Assembly: GCA_002633005.1 (NCBI GenBank)
Contig: NMRA01000236.1
Coordinates: 26,686-90,685 of the forward strand
DNA length: 64,000 nt
Direction of reading: 5' to 3'
Origin: Phoronis australis
Taxonomy: Eukaryota; Animalia; Phoronida
The notes under the pieces were generated by a model that had not been told where the DNA came from, made no database searches, and was given only the letters and a program-made list of their open reading frames with translations. Below are positions 12,268-25,675 of this stretch, in pieces. Numbering within the stretch: the stretch's first letter is position 1; every line of letters starts with the position of its first letter. The position numbers and the translations under genes were made by a program.

Positions 12268-13259
12268 TGGACACTGGTCAAGGCATAAGTACATCGGTGT
12301 GGGTGTTTCTTAGAATCAACCCACCAAAGTTGACCACTCCAAAACATATTTTGATGATCATATCCTGTTTGTCAGAACTGCACTGAGAACTTAGCAGAAC
12401 TAAAGCTTGTCTGAAGAAATTGCGCAATAGTCAAGTTCACCACAAGTTGTTTACAATAATAAGTCCTGTTCTAAAATATTTGTGACTTTAGAAATAGTTA
12501 ACTGATATTAATTAACACATTTGTTTATAAATTTAATCATCGACTTATCCTATCGCCGGGATTTTGAGTGACAGCTCAACTGACCAATCAGAACGTAATA
12601 TTCTTGTCACACCTTTGTCGGCCTTTCCAAGCCGCCATTTTACCACACAAACAACACGTTGTCGGTGACTTTTCACAAGGGGCGGAGCTTTCGAATGGTC
12701 AGTTGTGGTTTGATCCAATGCACTGCAAAAAGATCAAAGTCAAGCACAACGAAGGATTGGTGTTTTATAACTGCAAGTTTAGTATAATTAATTGCTCAAA
12801 ATGGGTGAGCAATAGATTATCACTTCCCGGTATTTCTCATACCTAGACCCTCTGAGGGATTTTGAGTAATTACCGCCCTCGGGGCTAGCGCGGCATCATG
12901 GCATACAAAAACCTTAAGTTTCTCCCAGCAGCAGCGGATTTTTAATAAAAACCATTTCAGTGTATTCGTGACTCTAGAGCTTTCTTTTGTAAGTCAAAAG
13001 GGGGAAGTGGAGATGAAATCAATGAAACGATGTTGAAATGGTACCTTTGGCCGAGCAGTTTACAAGGATTTACACTCCCTGGTGAATTTAAATCGCGTTT
13101 ACACGTGCCTCGTTTCTGGACAGCATGTCCATTGTAAACTACAAATGATTACCTTTGTTTTTCTGTAGGATGCATTGCCTGTCACTTATTAAAAAGCTAA
13201 CGTTTTATTTAGGAGCCTTTACCATAAGTGTTCCATATTCTTTCTCAAACTAGTGGTAG

Positions 13260-13361
13260 TTTGTCTTTGGAAGAACTTGTACTTCACGTTTCTTGCACTA
13301 GACCAAGCACTTTGTCTTGGAAAGAACTTGTACCTCACGTTTCTTGCACTAGACCAAGCAC
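13260..13361. repeat. 51-bp tandem duplication (2 copies)
   Basis: tttgtcttt/ggaagaacttgtac(t/c)tcacgtttcttgcactagaccaagcac occurs twice. Confidence 0.9.
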
Positions 13362-13967
13362 TTGTTCGTCCAAACAGAAAAGTCCAGACTAAAACTTGTA
13401 CGGAATCAGGCCACCCATCTAATGATGTCGACATGACCGATTGACCAACGTCAACAACGAACGAGAACCACCAATCGACCACCCTTAGCGAGAACAGTCG
13501 ATCGAGGTACCATGGCTGTTTCGGCGACCCCAGTCACACACCCGGTGATTCCTATATGGGCCCGTATAAGAATGTGTACAAAACAACTGAATAAAAAATT
13601 CTAAAGGCAATGATTTTGATCAATTTTAAAATTAATTGACTTGAAATAAATAATGTGTTTTCTTGATTTTCCATGTATTTTGCACTAAATTAAACGTCCA
13701 GTCATCGCTGATTCCAATACGATGGAGACAAGGTGAAAACCAAATTCGCTGTAACGATGATGTCATAGAGATTGATTGATGCAAGTGCCACCTCAAGTTT
13801 TTTTGGTGCTAAAAGAGGTTCGCGATGGGGCTGCTGTATTGTAAAAGGCCTACTTAATTAACGACTGGGGTATGCTATGACACCGTATGTTAACGTTTTT
13901 CAACAATACACGTACTTTATATATAAAGTCATTTTGACACCATATTAGGCCTTTAATTGTTGACGGT

Positions 13968-14410
13968 TGTTACCTTAATATAAACAAAAAGAACCACTTT
14001 TCAGTTATCCTGGTTTAAATTAATATCTATTTACATATTTACAAACATGATAACAAGTTATGCGAAACTTGGGACGAAGACAGGGTCGAACGTCAGCACC
14101 AACAGTCCCGGCAAATCTTGAAACTTGAGGCATCTTCAGTCTTCATCACCAAGGCGTCCTCACGTGTTCCGTTGACTCCACAAGTCCACCAAAAAAATAC
14201 AGTGAAGTTCCATTCACAAGACGCTGCTGTCCGCACCGTAGCAAAGGCTCACCACATAAACAGTATTTAGAAAGTATGAAGAAAACATAAAGTCCAGCCG
14301 CATTGCTCAGATAAACCATGACACACGTCTGCTCATCATCGGCGACCAACTAGAACTCCTCGATAAAACTCAAAACTGCCCTCTAGCGGGAATACCTAAC
14401 GTACCTAACA
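13968..14410 (-). mobile_element. 3' LTR of the Gmr1-like Gypsy element
   Basis: On the minus strand a purine tract gaaacggggaga is followed directly by TGTTAG (14410), and the repeat ends GTAACA (13968). Confidence 0.65.
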
Positions 14411-14924
14411 TCTCCCCGTTTCAAAAAATAATGTGTACAACTACAGACATTTTTTATTTTGTTCTAACCAAACTTGTCATATTTACGACTTAACTAAACG
14501 CATCCGAAAATACAACTCTTCCACAAACATACTCTAGGAACCTCACTCAAATCCTAGACAAACTCTCGGCAATAATATTATCCTTTCCTCTGATGTGTCG
14601 AACATCAAGATCGAGCTCCTGCAAAATGAGACTCCACCTAAGTATTCTCTGCTTTTTCCTTTCATCTTATTTATAAAAACTAACGGGTTGTGATCAGTAT
14701 ACACAATCAACGGTGAACTCATAGAGGAGACATAAACTTCGAAATGCTGCAATGCCAGAATCAATACGAAAGCCTCCTTTTCAATGGTTGAATAACAGCG
14801 CTGGTTCCTATTGAACTTTTTAGAAAAATAACACACAGGGTTATCTATGCCTTGAGCATCTTCCTGTAACAAAACTCCACCTGCTCCAACATCAGAAGCA
14901 TCAACAGCCAACTTAAATGGATTA

Positions 14925-17900
14925 TAGTCTAGACGCATTTCTGGAAAATGTGCATGTTAGAGGCGTTTTTTAGTAAAAGTGGAGAACCTGTCTTTTTAGC
15001 ATAATTATGGTATGCTGATTTCGATTATGCCTGTTCCCAAGCTAGATTTTCAGTTTTTGACCATCTAATTTGCATAAACAAAATGGCCGCCAAACCAACA
15101 AGATAAGAAACATTCGTAAGACCAGGAGTACAATATGTGACGACTAATTAGGAAATTTTTGCTTCAAAAACATAATATAAGTGTGTTTAGATCACTTAAA
15201 TTTAAGAGCATATTAATGAACGTCATTAAATTCCCCAATTATGCTAATTAGCTTCCGCCATTACCAAAAAATTCAAATTTCGGTGTAACTTTATCAATTT
15301 GCAGGCAAACATGACAACTAAGGTGTCTATACCTATGTTTTGAAGGTCTAGAAAAATCATTATGACACATGTGAAGCTTTTTATTTCATCTTCATTAAGT
15401 TACAAATGCTCATTAATAAAGTCTGAAAATTAAATTAGAAATCATAATTATCAATGCTTTTTTGCGAACATCTCACTATTTAGATAAGACATAAGTATTG
15501 TAAACATAACAACATGACTTTTAAATACTGTTGTAAAGAGATGCATGGCCATATCGTCCCATTTTGGACAGGAACATACCGTACTCGCAGTCGACCAAGC
15601 ACTCTGCTGCAGATTAATGGAGCTTACGTGGTCGGTCCCAGAGTACCAACATATGTTAATACAGTACCTCGTTAATGGTTCTTCACTATCAATGAACTTT
15701 ATCAAGGCCATAGAAGATCACATGAGTGATTCCGGAATAGCTGAGGTGTGTATAGAGAGTGCAGTACTTGGCCAAGACCTATGGAACTGGTCCTCAGTGG
15801 AAAGTCGTACAGCAAAGCTACAGTATGAGGGCACACAAACTGTCTTTGCAAGCTCTGTGGCATCTCCTGCATGTCTCAAGCCTTCTCTCGTTTATTGCAG
15901 AAGCGACTGTCATGCTTGTAGTACCAGAATGTCTGCAGATGATGATCCACAGAAAATTCCGGAGTTTTTAACATTTCTCAATTAGGATAAGTTCAGGAAA
16001 CTCCTGGGCCTTGTCTCCAATCTTTGTACTCGAAACGAACTCGAAACTATTTTTGGCAATTTCTCGGCTCCTTTTGTGCGAACTTAAGATAATTGGTTAT
16101 CAGACTGTGCTCGAATACATTACAGTTTATGCATAGGAGTTTCTAGTTCAAGTTTGCCCTTGAAGACCCTTATATTCGTGATACAAACTCGAGTAAAAAC
16201 TCGAAATGTCGAGTTCAAACTCGATCTTATTGCTTTAATATTGGGTTCACAAACTGTGAACTAGGGGCAATAAATTATCTACGTAAGTTATTGTGTACTC
16301 GAGCATAGAATAATAGACACTTATCTTGAGTTCGCCCAAATGTGGAGTAGAAAATTCCAAACTTAATTTCGAGTTCCATTTCGAGTAAAAAGATTGGAGA
16401 CCGGGCCCTGGGCATTTTGTCAACAGTAGTTCTGATTATGTGAATTTCAGCTTCTGGTGGAGTTACATGTACATGGTTCTAATATTGTTAAAGTACACAT
16501 GCTCTCAACGGGATGGTATTTTGGAGCTGCATCTGTATTCATTTACTCTTGTGCTGCCTCACCGAATTATGCCCGAGGGGGGCGCGGTCTTTTTAGCGGA
16601 GATACATCAGCTTCCACAGTCTGTTTGGTCAGAGTTTCAAGCAGGAAACTTTGTAGTCAAGTGATCTCCTCACATGCTCTGTCAGGAAGATTCTGACCAG
16701 TGGGTAAATGGGGCAGGCAAAAAGGACGTGGTATCATCGGTAATACCAAAACCTTGTCAGCTCTATGTAGGTGGACACTCTCATTTAATCTGAAATCTCA
16801 TATAGCTGAACAAACTTACTGCTGTGGGAGTACATAGTTTCATAACGAAGCCACGGGGCAACTGTTGAGAGTTCCCTTCTTTACGCATTCCATAGATTGA
16901 AGGTCTTCTCGTCCACAAGGCCTTAGCTGCTACAAAGCCTTGCAACAAAAGACCTAGCAACAGCACTAATCCAAGAGTCACTTTTACATGCCAAGGAACT
17001 TGGACACGAACAAACTAAGAAATTTGTTTGAGACCGATTATCACTGAGCAATGCGATAATTCAGACATGTCAATTCACGTGCCTATGCGCAAAAATAATG
17101 CCCCAACATTTGCCAACATACATGATGTGGTGAAACAATCCAAAGACAAAGACAAGAAAATAGTTCTTAAGGCAGAGAGAGATATACTTCGCTGCCTAGC
17201 TACGGCTTATGAGGTGGGTCGGCCAGTTGATTTGCCGTCTGTGCTCAAACGCGAGCTTCTTCCCGTCCATGTTTTCTTACAGAAACGAGTAGCACATTGC
17301 GCACTGGAGATAAATCTTCACTTGCCGAAGTATTAATAGTTAACCCATCGACTGTCCTAAAAGAATTCAACTTCATGGCTCGCCCGCTTGCCTCATTTTT
17401 GATGGCGAAGCGTTGCTGGTAGCTCTTGGGAAGCTTGATGGTGATGTGACCTTCGAGAACCTGACTGATTCATTCATGAAAACAGTGCTAAACACAGGAT
17501 TTCGATATCATAAAATTGACATTGTATTTGACAGATACAGACAAGAAACTATGACATACACAACAGGAAAACAGCTTAGTAAAGGAATACAGAAAATCAG
17601 GTGATTTTTGGAAGGCCGTGGTGTAGCTCTTCCTCAAAACTGGTCAAATTTACGGGCACTGGCTGAGAATAAAGAAGACCTAGCACATTTCTTGTCAGAG
17701 GAACTGTGTTTGTAGACGCCTGAAGATAAAGAGTTTATGGTTGCAGGAGGGTTCAAAGATGAGCTGGAAGTAAATTAAATCATCTAAGGATATGACTGAT
17801 TTGAGGACTCTGAAATCCACACATGAAGAAGCAGATCCAAGACTGGTACTGCATGCTCTCCACAGTCAGTCGTATTTCCAGGGACACCCGATGTTCTATT

Positions 17901-19295
17901 GCTTCTGGTATCGCACTTCCAACAAATGCAAAGTGGGCATATCTGTATGATGTCAGGCACATCAAAGAAATGACGATATATACATATTGAAGCACTTTTC
18001 AACAAACTACTAAGAGACTCAGCAACATCCTTGTTTGCTTTTCATGCCGTGACCGGGTTTGGCACCAACTCGTACTTTGCCAATCACATGAAACAATCAT
18101 TATGGAAGGTGTTCCTAGAGTATCACAGATTGCTTAAGAACCCCTGCATTGGTGAAATCACTGAGCAAATTACGATGGCTTCAGAAGTATTTGTCTGCAG
18201 AATATACAACACGACCTGTAGATGTAGCACGCCATTTACTATTCTCCAAGCCCGTGAACCCAGAAATCCTTCCCCCTCACCCATAATGCCCGCTGTTTCC
18301 ATCTGATGAGAGTGCACTATCAGGTCAAGGTATGGCGAAATGATCATTGTTCCATACCTGAGCTCCCAGCACCCTCTGATATGGGAGGAACACACACAAA
18401 CTTATGCTTGCAGCCCATACTGATGACACAGAGTTCTATCCCAGACAGCTGCCTAGAGATGGTATTGTGTGCATGCCAGAAACAACGCAACAGCAGACAA
18501 TGCATATCATTATGCTCATGCCAGCAGCACATTCCTTGTATGCAAACAGTTTGATTTGCCTGGCTTTAGGCATGTTAAAAAGTACCAAAAAGTGAATGCT
18601 AAAACTGTGTTCAGCAGGCCTGAAAATAATTCATGCAACTGAGAATTTAATGTCTTCAATAACAATAACTATATTGATTTTTTATGAATGGAAGATAACG
18701 GGATAGTGTGAACATTTGTCCTATATTCCATCAAACTAGTGACACCTTGCTTGACGAGCATTGCAGATTAATGACTATTTTTTCCACATTCTGAAAGTAT
18801 ACATCTATAACCCAATAAATATGAAATAAATTGCTCCAAAAATGTCTTAAGCATGTTTGTTGACCATGAAAATATAAGTATAAACAACTCATTTTTCAAG
18901 TTAGCCTGCAGGAACACAAACTTAAGACGCAAATTACAATGTATGGTAATGGCGGCACCTAATTTGCATAATTAGTTTTCAGAATTGCATTTTTTTAGTA
19001 TTCATAAGTGATGTATTGCTCAAGAAGTATTTATTAGAAGTGTGCAGGTGAGACATTTCACCATTTTGAATGGTATATGGTGATTTCTATTACAAAAATA
19101 CATCTGAACTTGACAATTTGGCCGCCATTTTGTTTATGCAAATTAGATGGTCAAAAATGCAAAATTCGGCTTGGGAACAGGGTTAGTTGAATTCGCCATA
19201 CCTTGATTGTGTGAAAAAGTCTTGTTCCCAACTTTTACTAAAAAATGCTTCTAGAACCTTATACAGGGCTCTTTTCAGGAAATGCGTCCAGACTA
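14925..19295 (+). mobile_element. AcademX DNA transposon #2, both ends intact, coding region decayed
   Basis: TAG...CTA termini with ~170-bp imperfect TIRs and a 3-bp TSD TTA (14922-14924, 19296-19298). Motifs VLAVDQAL, NFSFWWSYM, IDIVFDRY, THEEAD, FAFHAVTG and a Cys-rich C-terminus. Excision restores Gypsy PVLAAPDFCNPFKLAVDAS. Confidence 0.92.
16007..16407. mobile_element. PIF/Harbinger-type MITE (GGCCCGGTCTCCAATC TIR) inside Academ #2
   Basis: TIRs at both ends and a 3-bp TSD CTG (16004-16006, 16408-16410). Confidence 0.85.
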
Positions 19296-20619
19296 TTACA
19301 GAAATCAGGAGCAGCAAGCACAGGCTGGGTAGACATTTCTTTCACATTTTCAAAAGCCTTTCGGCATGCATCATTCCACACAAACTTCACTTTACTTGAA
19401 GTAAAACCAGTCAAAGCTAATACAACCTCAGAATAATTTCTACAAAAACGTCTATAGCAACCGGCCGAATACCCAGAATTCTAGACAAAGACTTCTTGTT
19501 AGTGGGAGTAGCAAAAGCCAAAATAGCTTCAACTTTAGCTTCACGAGGTCACACTTTCCGTCCTCCATCAACTTGACCTAAAAACGTCACAGATGCATGA
19601 CCAAGACCACTTTTCGCCAAATTGACAGATAAGTTAGCTTCAGACAAACGCTCGAAAAGTTGTCTTAAATCACACAAATGTGATTCCCAAGTAAAATTAC
19701 TACCTATAATGTCATCAGTGTAAACCTGGACATTAGGTAGACTATTCAGTACAGTATTCATGACGCTAAATCGTCGTGAGAGAACCTCCGGAGTTGGTAT
19801 ATGATGCAACTCCGGACGGCCTGGGGTCAACAGAAAACCACAGTTCAACTGTGAGTCTACACCAATGTGACAAACGAGAGTAGTTCTACTTGCTACGTCA
19901 GCTGCAGGTATGCTTATCTCTTTTATGACACACAATGCGTGACTGGGCAAAGCGTTTTCAAAATAATGTGGATAAATCAGCGGAGTGTGAGACCCCTGAG
20001 GTCCCTGTCAAGTCCGTTATGCATCAATCTCTGAAAAGCCGCGGCAACATTTTTCATACCGAAGGGCATAACACAATACTGCCACAAACCATCAGGGGTT
20101 GAAAATGCAGACAATTCTTTAGCTTGCGCTGTAAGTGGAACCTGCCAATACTCTTTTAACAGATCAAACTTGCTTACAAATCCTGCACTTCTAATACGAT
20201 CAATACAATCGCCAACCCTCGGAACAGGGTACGTATCACCCTTGGTCAACAAGTTCAATTTCTTGAAATCAGTCACAAACCTTACAGAATTGTCAGGCTT
20301 CTGAACAAGGATGCATGGAGAACTCCAATTACTCTGACTTGGTTCAATGATTCCATTATCCAACATATACTGAATCTCATTTTTCATTAACTCCAATTTA
20401 GGGGGAGAAATTCTATAAGGGTGTTGCTTAACTGGATCAGCATTTCCAACATCGACAGTTAGTTTTTCTAGGCACATCTGGAATTCACTGAATTCCCTTA
20501 AAAGACTTTGTAGTGAGTGTTGCTGATCAACGTGCAAGTGACTCATCTTCTCTTGCAAATTGTTAAGAAACTGCGAGTTGCATAACTCGAGCGAAAAACT
20601 TAAAGTAGGCCCTCCAAAT

Positions 20620-23152
20620 CAGTCTTATGTGAATCAAACCCTCAGTGGTACATGATTTCAAGTGGCTCACATGCATAAAAGTTGCACAGGCAAAAGACTT
20701 CTCATGGATCCTGTAAAGGTAGTCGGTTAATTTCGCAAGAATTAAATAGAGACCACGCCAACCCAATCCCAATTTCTGTTGAGCGATGGGTGGGTACCAC
20801 GTATCAACAAAACTTCCAACCTCAATTTTTTTGAAAACTGTCTTAGAGTCATAACAAGTTTTCAGCCACCTAGAACTGGTAGGTTCTCCCTAGCATATTC
20901 AAATGAGTTCTGGATAGATAGCCTAAGCCTCCCAACATATTGAACCAAGCTTGACTTAGAGGATTCCGAATCCGCCTTCACATGCCCAACCATAATATCA
21001 ATAGGAAGTGACACGTCGCTTCCAAAACTCAACTTGAATGGAATGCAGTTAGTACTGTCAGGAACAGTAGATCGGTAAGCCATCATAACATATGGTAAAT
21101 GGTAATCCCAATCCTTATGGTTATCATTCATAAACGTTTCGATTAAAACGCTCAATCACACCGTCACTCTTTGGATGATAGGGTGGGGTTCTAGTTTTAC
21201 TAATTCGTAATTTCAAAGTTTACAGCATTCAGCCATAAGCTCACTCTTAATTCTTTACACTGATTGCTATGCGAATATTTGGGAACACCAAACCGACTAA
21301 TAAACTGAATCATCACAGTGTCTGCAACAATATCAGCAGTGTGATTAGGTATACTATAGGCTTCTCGACCCATTTACTAAAGTAATCACCAACAACTGTA
21401 ATGTACTTATTGCTATTTTCTGTTTCAGTGCGAGGACCCATGATGTCATTACGTTGCAAAGGAGCGCCAACATCACTAGGCTTGAGAGGGGCATAGCCTC
21501 GTCCTCGACCTGGTTTCCGATGTGTGCACATGTCGCACTTGCGACGCCACCAAGTGGCATCTCCTAATAACCCTGGCCAGTAACATCGTGACCTAACAGC
21601 TTTTAAAGTTCTCTCCCTACAAAGATGACCGGCCGTACGATTGTCATGCAAAACCTTCATGATTTCACTTCGCAGAACTTGCGGAACCACTACCACTAAT
21701 CGATCCCCTGGACCATCACTATCGACCCATCGTCGATGTAAAACGCCATCTCTAAATTCAAGAGAATTCCATTCACTCATGAAACGTTTGGATCATCTAT
21801 CATAACCCCTACCGCCGATTTCGTCAACAGACGGTTTTTCTATCGAAGCTTCTTTTCTTAAAACAATAAGACCAATGGCCGAATCATGGAGTAGTAACTT
21901 GCGCAGTTCCGCTGAACTCCAAGTTTGCAACCAAACACTAGAGTCACTGGATTCACTACTAACCTTACGTTTTCTACATTTTGGCATAGTCTCCTACACA
22001 AAACAACAATTTGCGCTTTGCTGGAAATCTTCACGCTAACGTCACCGGGTTTTCCTAGAAAAATCATTAGCTTTCCCGTGAAGGCTGCCCTTACGATGTT
22101 TAATTTCAAAATCATAAGTGTCCAAAATAACAACCCGTCTCGCCACTATATCAGTAGGTTCCTTAAGATTTCTTAGCCATCTTAACGAACTATGATCTGA
22201 TCTCAGCATAAATTTCCTATTCCATAGTAATGACGGAAATGTTTTACACACGTCACCATGGCCAATAATTGACGATATGTAGTACAATACCCCTGCTGAG
22301 ATTTAGACAAAGTTCTGCTTGCGTACGCCAGAACTATCTCTTCACCATTCTGTACCTGAGACAAAACACCTGAGATGCCAAAGGCACTCGCGTCTTTGTC
22401 AACAATGAACTCACCACCGTCACGATCGGGAGATCACAAGTTAGGATGATCAGGCAACGCATTCTTCAGCCTGTTAAAAGACACCTCACACGAGTCATCC
22501 CATACGAATTTTGCTTCGACATTGTCGTCAATGGGGCAGCGATCGTTAAAAAATCGGGAATGAACTTTCGATAGTACGAGGCAAACCCAAGAAAACTCCG
22601 TACATCGGTGAGACCTATTGGAGGAGACCAACACTCGACTGCTTTAACTTTTGCGGGGTCACAAACTATACCATCTGTTGAAGCTACAAGTCGTAACAAG
22701 ATAACCTAGCCTTTAAACAATGCGCACTTTTTAGGTTTCAGCCTCAAACCAGCGTTATGTAAACGAATGAAAACTTGTTTTAAATCATCGAATGTCTTAG
22801 AATAACATAAGACATTGTCTGCGTACAGTAAACACTTATTCTATAATAAACCCTCTAAAACATTATCGATCAGTCGCTTAAACCAGCCGACGGAGTTACA
22901 AAGACTAAACGGCAAGAGTTTGAATGCCCACTAACCACGACCAGGTGCGAATATGGAGTTTTCTCTCTTACCTCTTCCGCCGGCGGGAACTTGCCAGTAG
23001 CCACTAGCCAAGCCAAGTCAAGCGATGAGAAAAACGAATTACCACTCACCTGATCTAAACACATATTTATTCACGGGAGCGGAAATGCATGTTTGGTTGT
23101 AAAAGAATTCAATGCTCTAAAATCAATACAAACTCTCCTACTTTTCTCACCC
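20620..23152 (-). mobile_element. Conventional-order Gypsy pol remnant (RT - RNase H - integrase), no LTRs seen
   Basis: RVCIDFRALN..FSSLDL, VRSFLGFASYYRKFI, RSDHSSLRWL, HDNRTAGHL..YWPG..CDMC, GDYFSKWVE, WDYHLPYVMMAYRS, and GPY/F-like WRGLYLI..HVSHLK. Confidence 0.85.
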
Positions 23153-23155
23153 GAC

Positions 23156-23575
23156 AGAGCCCCATTATGGCTCCTCGTGAAGGAAATTTTCAAGTCTGCC
23201 AGTCTCCATTAAGAAAACAGACAGTTGTTTCCACTTGTTGCCATGCACTATATGTTGTAGGCATGTAACAGTGTCATCCAGTAGGTTGCTCCTTAGCCTA
23301 TAAAAAGCTGGACAAGACTCTACCAGGTGTTTAGGGGTTTCTACTTCAGTACCACACTCGGGACACGCTAGGCTCCCCAAATGCCCAGTAATGTGTCTGT
23401 GTTGGGCTAGGTTACAGTGGCCCGTCAAAATTTGAATGAAGCGTCTTATGCCCAACATATCTAGACTCGGGTTTGATCACGTTGGGAAAATAAATTCTCC
23501 TCGTCTCTCTGCAGGAGATAAGTGATGCCCACTGGGCTGCTGACCCAGTTGCTTATACTCATCCGGCAGCATTCG
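23156..23575 (-). mobile_element. Third LOA-like LINE fragment, close to copy 1, lacking its 3' UTR
   Basis: ORF 23165-23458 is nearly identical to the C-terminus of 2380-3138. Confidence 0.9.
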
Positions 23576-25170
23576 CAAAGAAGAACAGACATCGCATTAG
23601 ATTTGAAGATTCTTTGACTTGGGTGAGTAGGTCTTTGAGCGCCATACAAGCTTTAGCATAGTGGGTGCCTGACGAGCTTACTTGATGCGTGCTTTAATCT
23701 CCTCTTCAGTTCCTCCACTCGTGCTAACGACACTTCCCAGGTAAGTAAGTTGTATGACGTTTTCAGTCTCCTCATCATCCAAGACAACATTATTTACTTG
23801 TATAAGCATCGTCCAAGTCTCGGTGATGATGGACAGTCCTACTCGTTCAGCAGTCTCTGACAGTGCCGCTGTCCTACTCAAGTTTTGAAAGCGATGTGAC
23901 ATAAGTCATCTGCGTACTCCAGATTGTCTAATCGTTTTGTAAATGTTAATTGGATTGCCCCGAAAAAGCAACCCTGATAACCCGGTCCAGAATTACTAGA
24001 AACAGCAAAGGAAAGAGAACACCCTTGCCTGACTCCTGAATTAACAGAGAACCGTTGATTCAGCTGTCCTTTATGCAGCACCTGACATTTAAAATCTTCG
24101 TGAAGTCTTGTAACTAGTCTGACAATTTCCTCAGATATACCATAGTGCCTCAGAATCTTCCTGGTAATGCTTTGGTCAATACTATCAAAAGCCTTACGAA
24201 AGTCTAAAAAATGAATGTAAAGCGAGGAATTCCACTTAATTGATTGTTCGATTATAATTCTTAGAGTTGCGATCTTGTCCGTACATGAGCACTCTTGGCG
24301 AAATTGTGCCTGTTCATCACAAAGTTTGGTGTGCACCACGTCTTTAACTTAGCAGGATCCTAGTGAAGATTTTGGTAGGAATAGAGGAGAGTGATACCCT
24401 GCCAATTCGTAGTGTGTGAAAGGGTTCCTTTCTTCGGCAGCTTCACTAAAACTCCTTTATTCCAGTCCTCGGGTAGCGTTTTGTCTCTCCATATCTTGTT
24501 CAGCAGGTCATGTAGAATGGCCTCCATTACTAATAGCTTCTGGTGGTATATTGCCTAGTCCAGTGCCTTTCCTGTTTTCATAGCCTTAATGGCGCTTTGT
24601 ATTTTAGTTCTGCGGATCTCGTCGGTTGATATATCTAAACTGTCCACTGCTTCTTCTGGTCGATGGGCGCGGGATTGTCCAACACGCTAGAAAAATGGTC
24701 TCTCTAAAGTTCCAACTGTTTCTCGAGATCAGTAATATGCGTTTTGCCTTCATCCTTGAGAGGCTTAGTTCAGTTGAAACGTCCCCGCTGATCAGCTTCA
24801 TTGTAGAGTAAAGGGTCTTGATATCGCCTTTCACTGCAGCCTCTTCTGCTTTTGTTGCAATCTCCTCAAGGTGCTGACTTTTGTCCTTCCTGATGCACTG
24901 TTTAACTACCTTATACTTCTGTTGAGCATTTTGGTTCTGCAGTCGTGTTTTTGCATGAAGTAATTTTTTCTTTATTAGGTGTGTCCGTTGTTCAGGATTG
25001 ACAAGGTATCATCGGTCATCCTCGCCTTTTAGTTCTTCCTGGGCTCACTAAGTGGTCCTTTGCATGCTCTTTTTAGCCTTGTCCATATCTGTTGGATATT
25101 AGGATCTGGGGTGCTAAGTTTTAATGCCTCGAATTTGTTCCCAGGAGTAAGCCAGAATCCAGTTACGGTG
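23576..25170 (-). mobile_element. RTE-clade LINE reverse transcriptase remnant
   Basis: EQAQFR..SCTDKIATLRIIIEQS, FLDFRKAFDSI, GVRQGC, LEYADD and TYLGSVVS..GGTEEEIKARI. Confidence 0.88.
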
Positions 25171-25257
25171 CCTGAGACTTATCACTCTTATGAATGAAAT
25201 ATACGAAATGCAGTTTTAATGAAGCAAAACAACTAATTAGTGACCAAATCTATTTTC

Positions 25258-25263
25258 TTTATT
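25258..25263 (-). terminator. Candidate polyadenylation signal of the discoidin gene
   Basis: AATAAA on the minus strand ~270 nt after the stop codon at 25535. Confidence 0.5.
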
Positions 25264-25534
25264 CTTTTCATTACTTCATTTTTGTTGTGACAATGTGACT
25301 AAGGCAAATCATGCTTCTTGCTACTGCGGAAAATATCATGCAACACCAAAGGAATGAGAAAATTGGCATTTCTCAAGTAAAAGTAAAAAATATGGGTAAT
25401 TTTTTTTCGATGCTAAGTGATAACCAATCTAACAACGGAGGGTTGCATTGTAGTCATATCAGTTGAGTGTGTTTGGCCCATTAATTCGCAAAATACACGC
25501 ACATGCATTCCGTGCTTCAACAATGCGTGCTCTT

Positions 25535-25675
25535 TTACAAGCATCCCAGCACATCAGCTCTCAGGGTGGTCCAACCATGCCAGGACCAAGGAATAATTAA
25601 AAAATGGTCAGTTTCGATTGGAGGCGATATGGTGTTCACTTTTATGGTATCTGTATCGAAGTTTCCCTCGAACTC
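25535..25675 (-). CDS. Exon 3 (last) of the secreted F5/8 type C (discoidin) domain gene
   Basis: Acceptor ttacag, phase 0. EFEGNFDTDTIKVNTISPPIETDHFLIIPWSWHGWTTLRADVLGCL* matches the FxGNxD..P..W..LRxE/DxxGC end of FA58C. Confidence 0.92.
   Translation of the reverse strand, partial: EFEGNFDTDTIKVNTISPPIETDHFLIIPWSWHGWTTLRADVLGCL

Larger units (their letters stand above)
14411..20620 (-). mobile_element. Gmr1-like Gypsy pol remnant: RT then RNase H directly before PPT/LTR, interrupted by Academ #2
   Basis: LCNSQFLNNLQEKMSHL; RT motifs QHPYR..SNWSSPC..DFKKLN..MPFGMKN..FQRLM and VYTDD; RNase H motifs PFKLAVDASDVGAG..YSTIEKE..YTDHNPL. There is no integrase between RNase H and the LTR. Confidence 0.8.

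Noticed and set aside
13500-13560. Penelope-type hammerhead ribozyme (CGAAAC on minus strand)
   Set aside because: No upstream CTGANGA core and no supporting stems.
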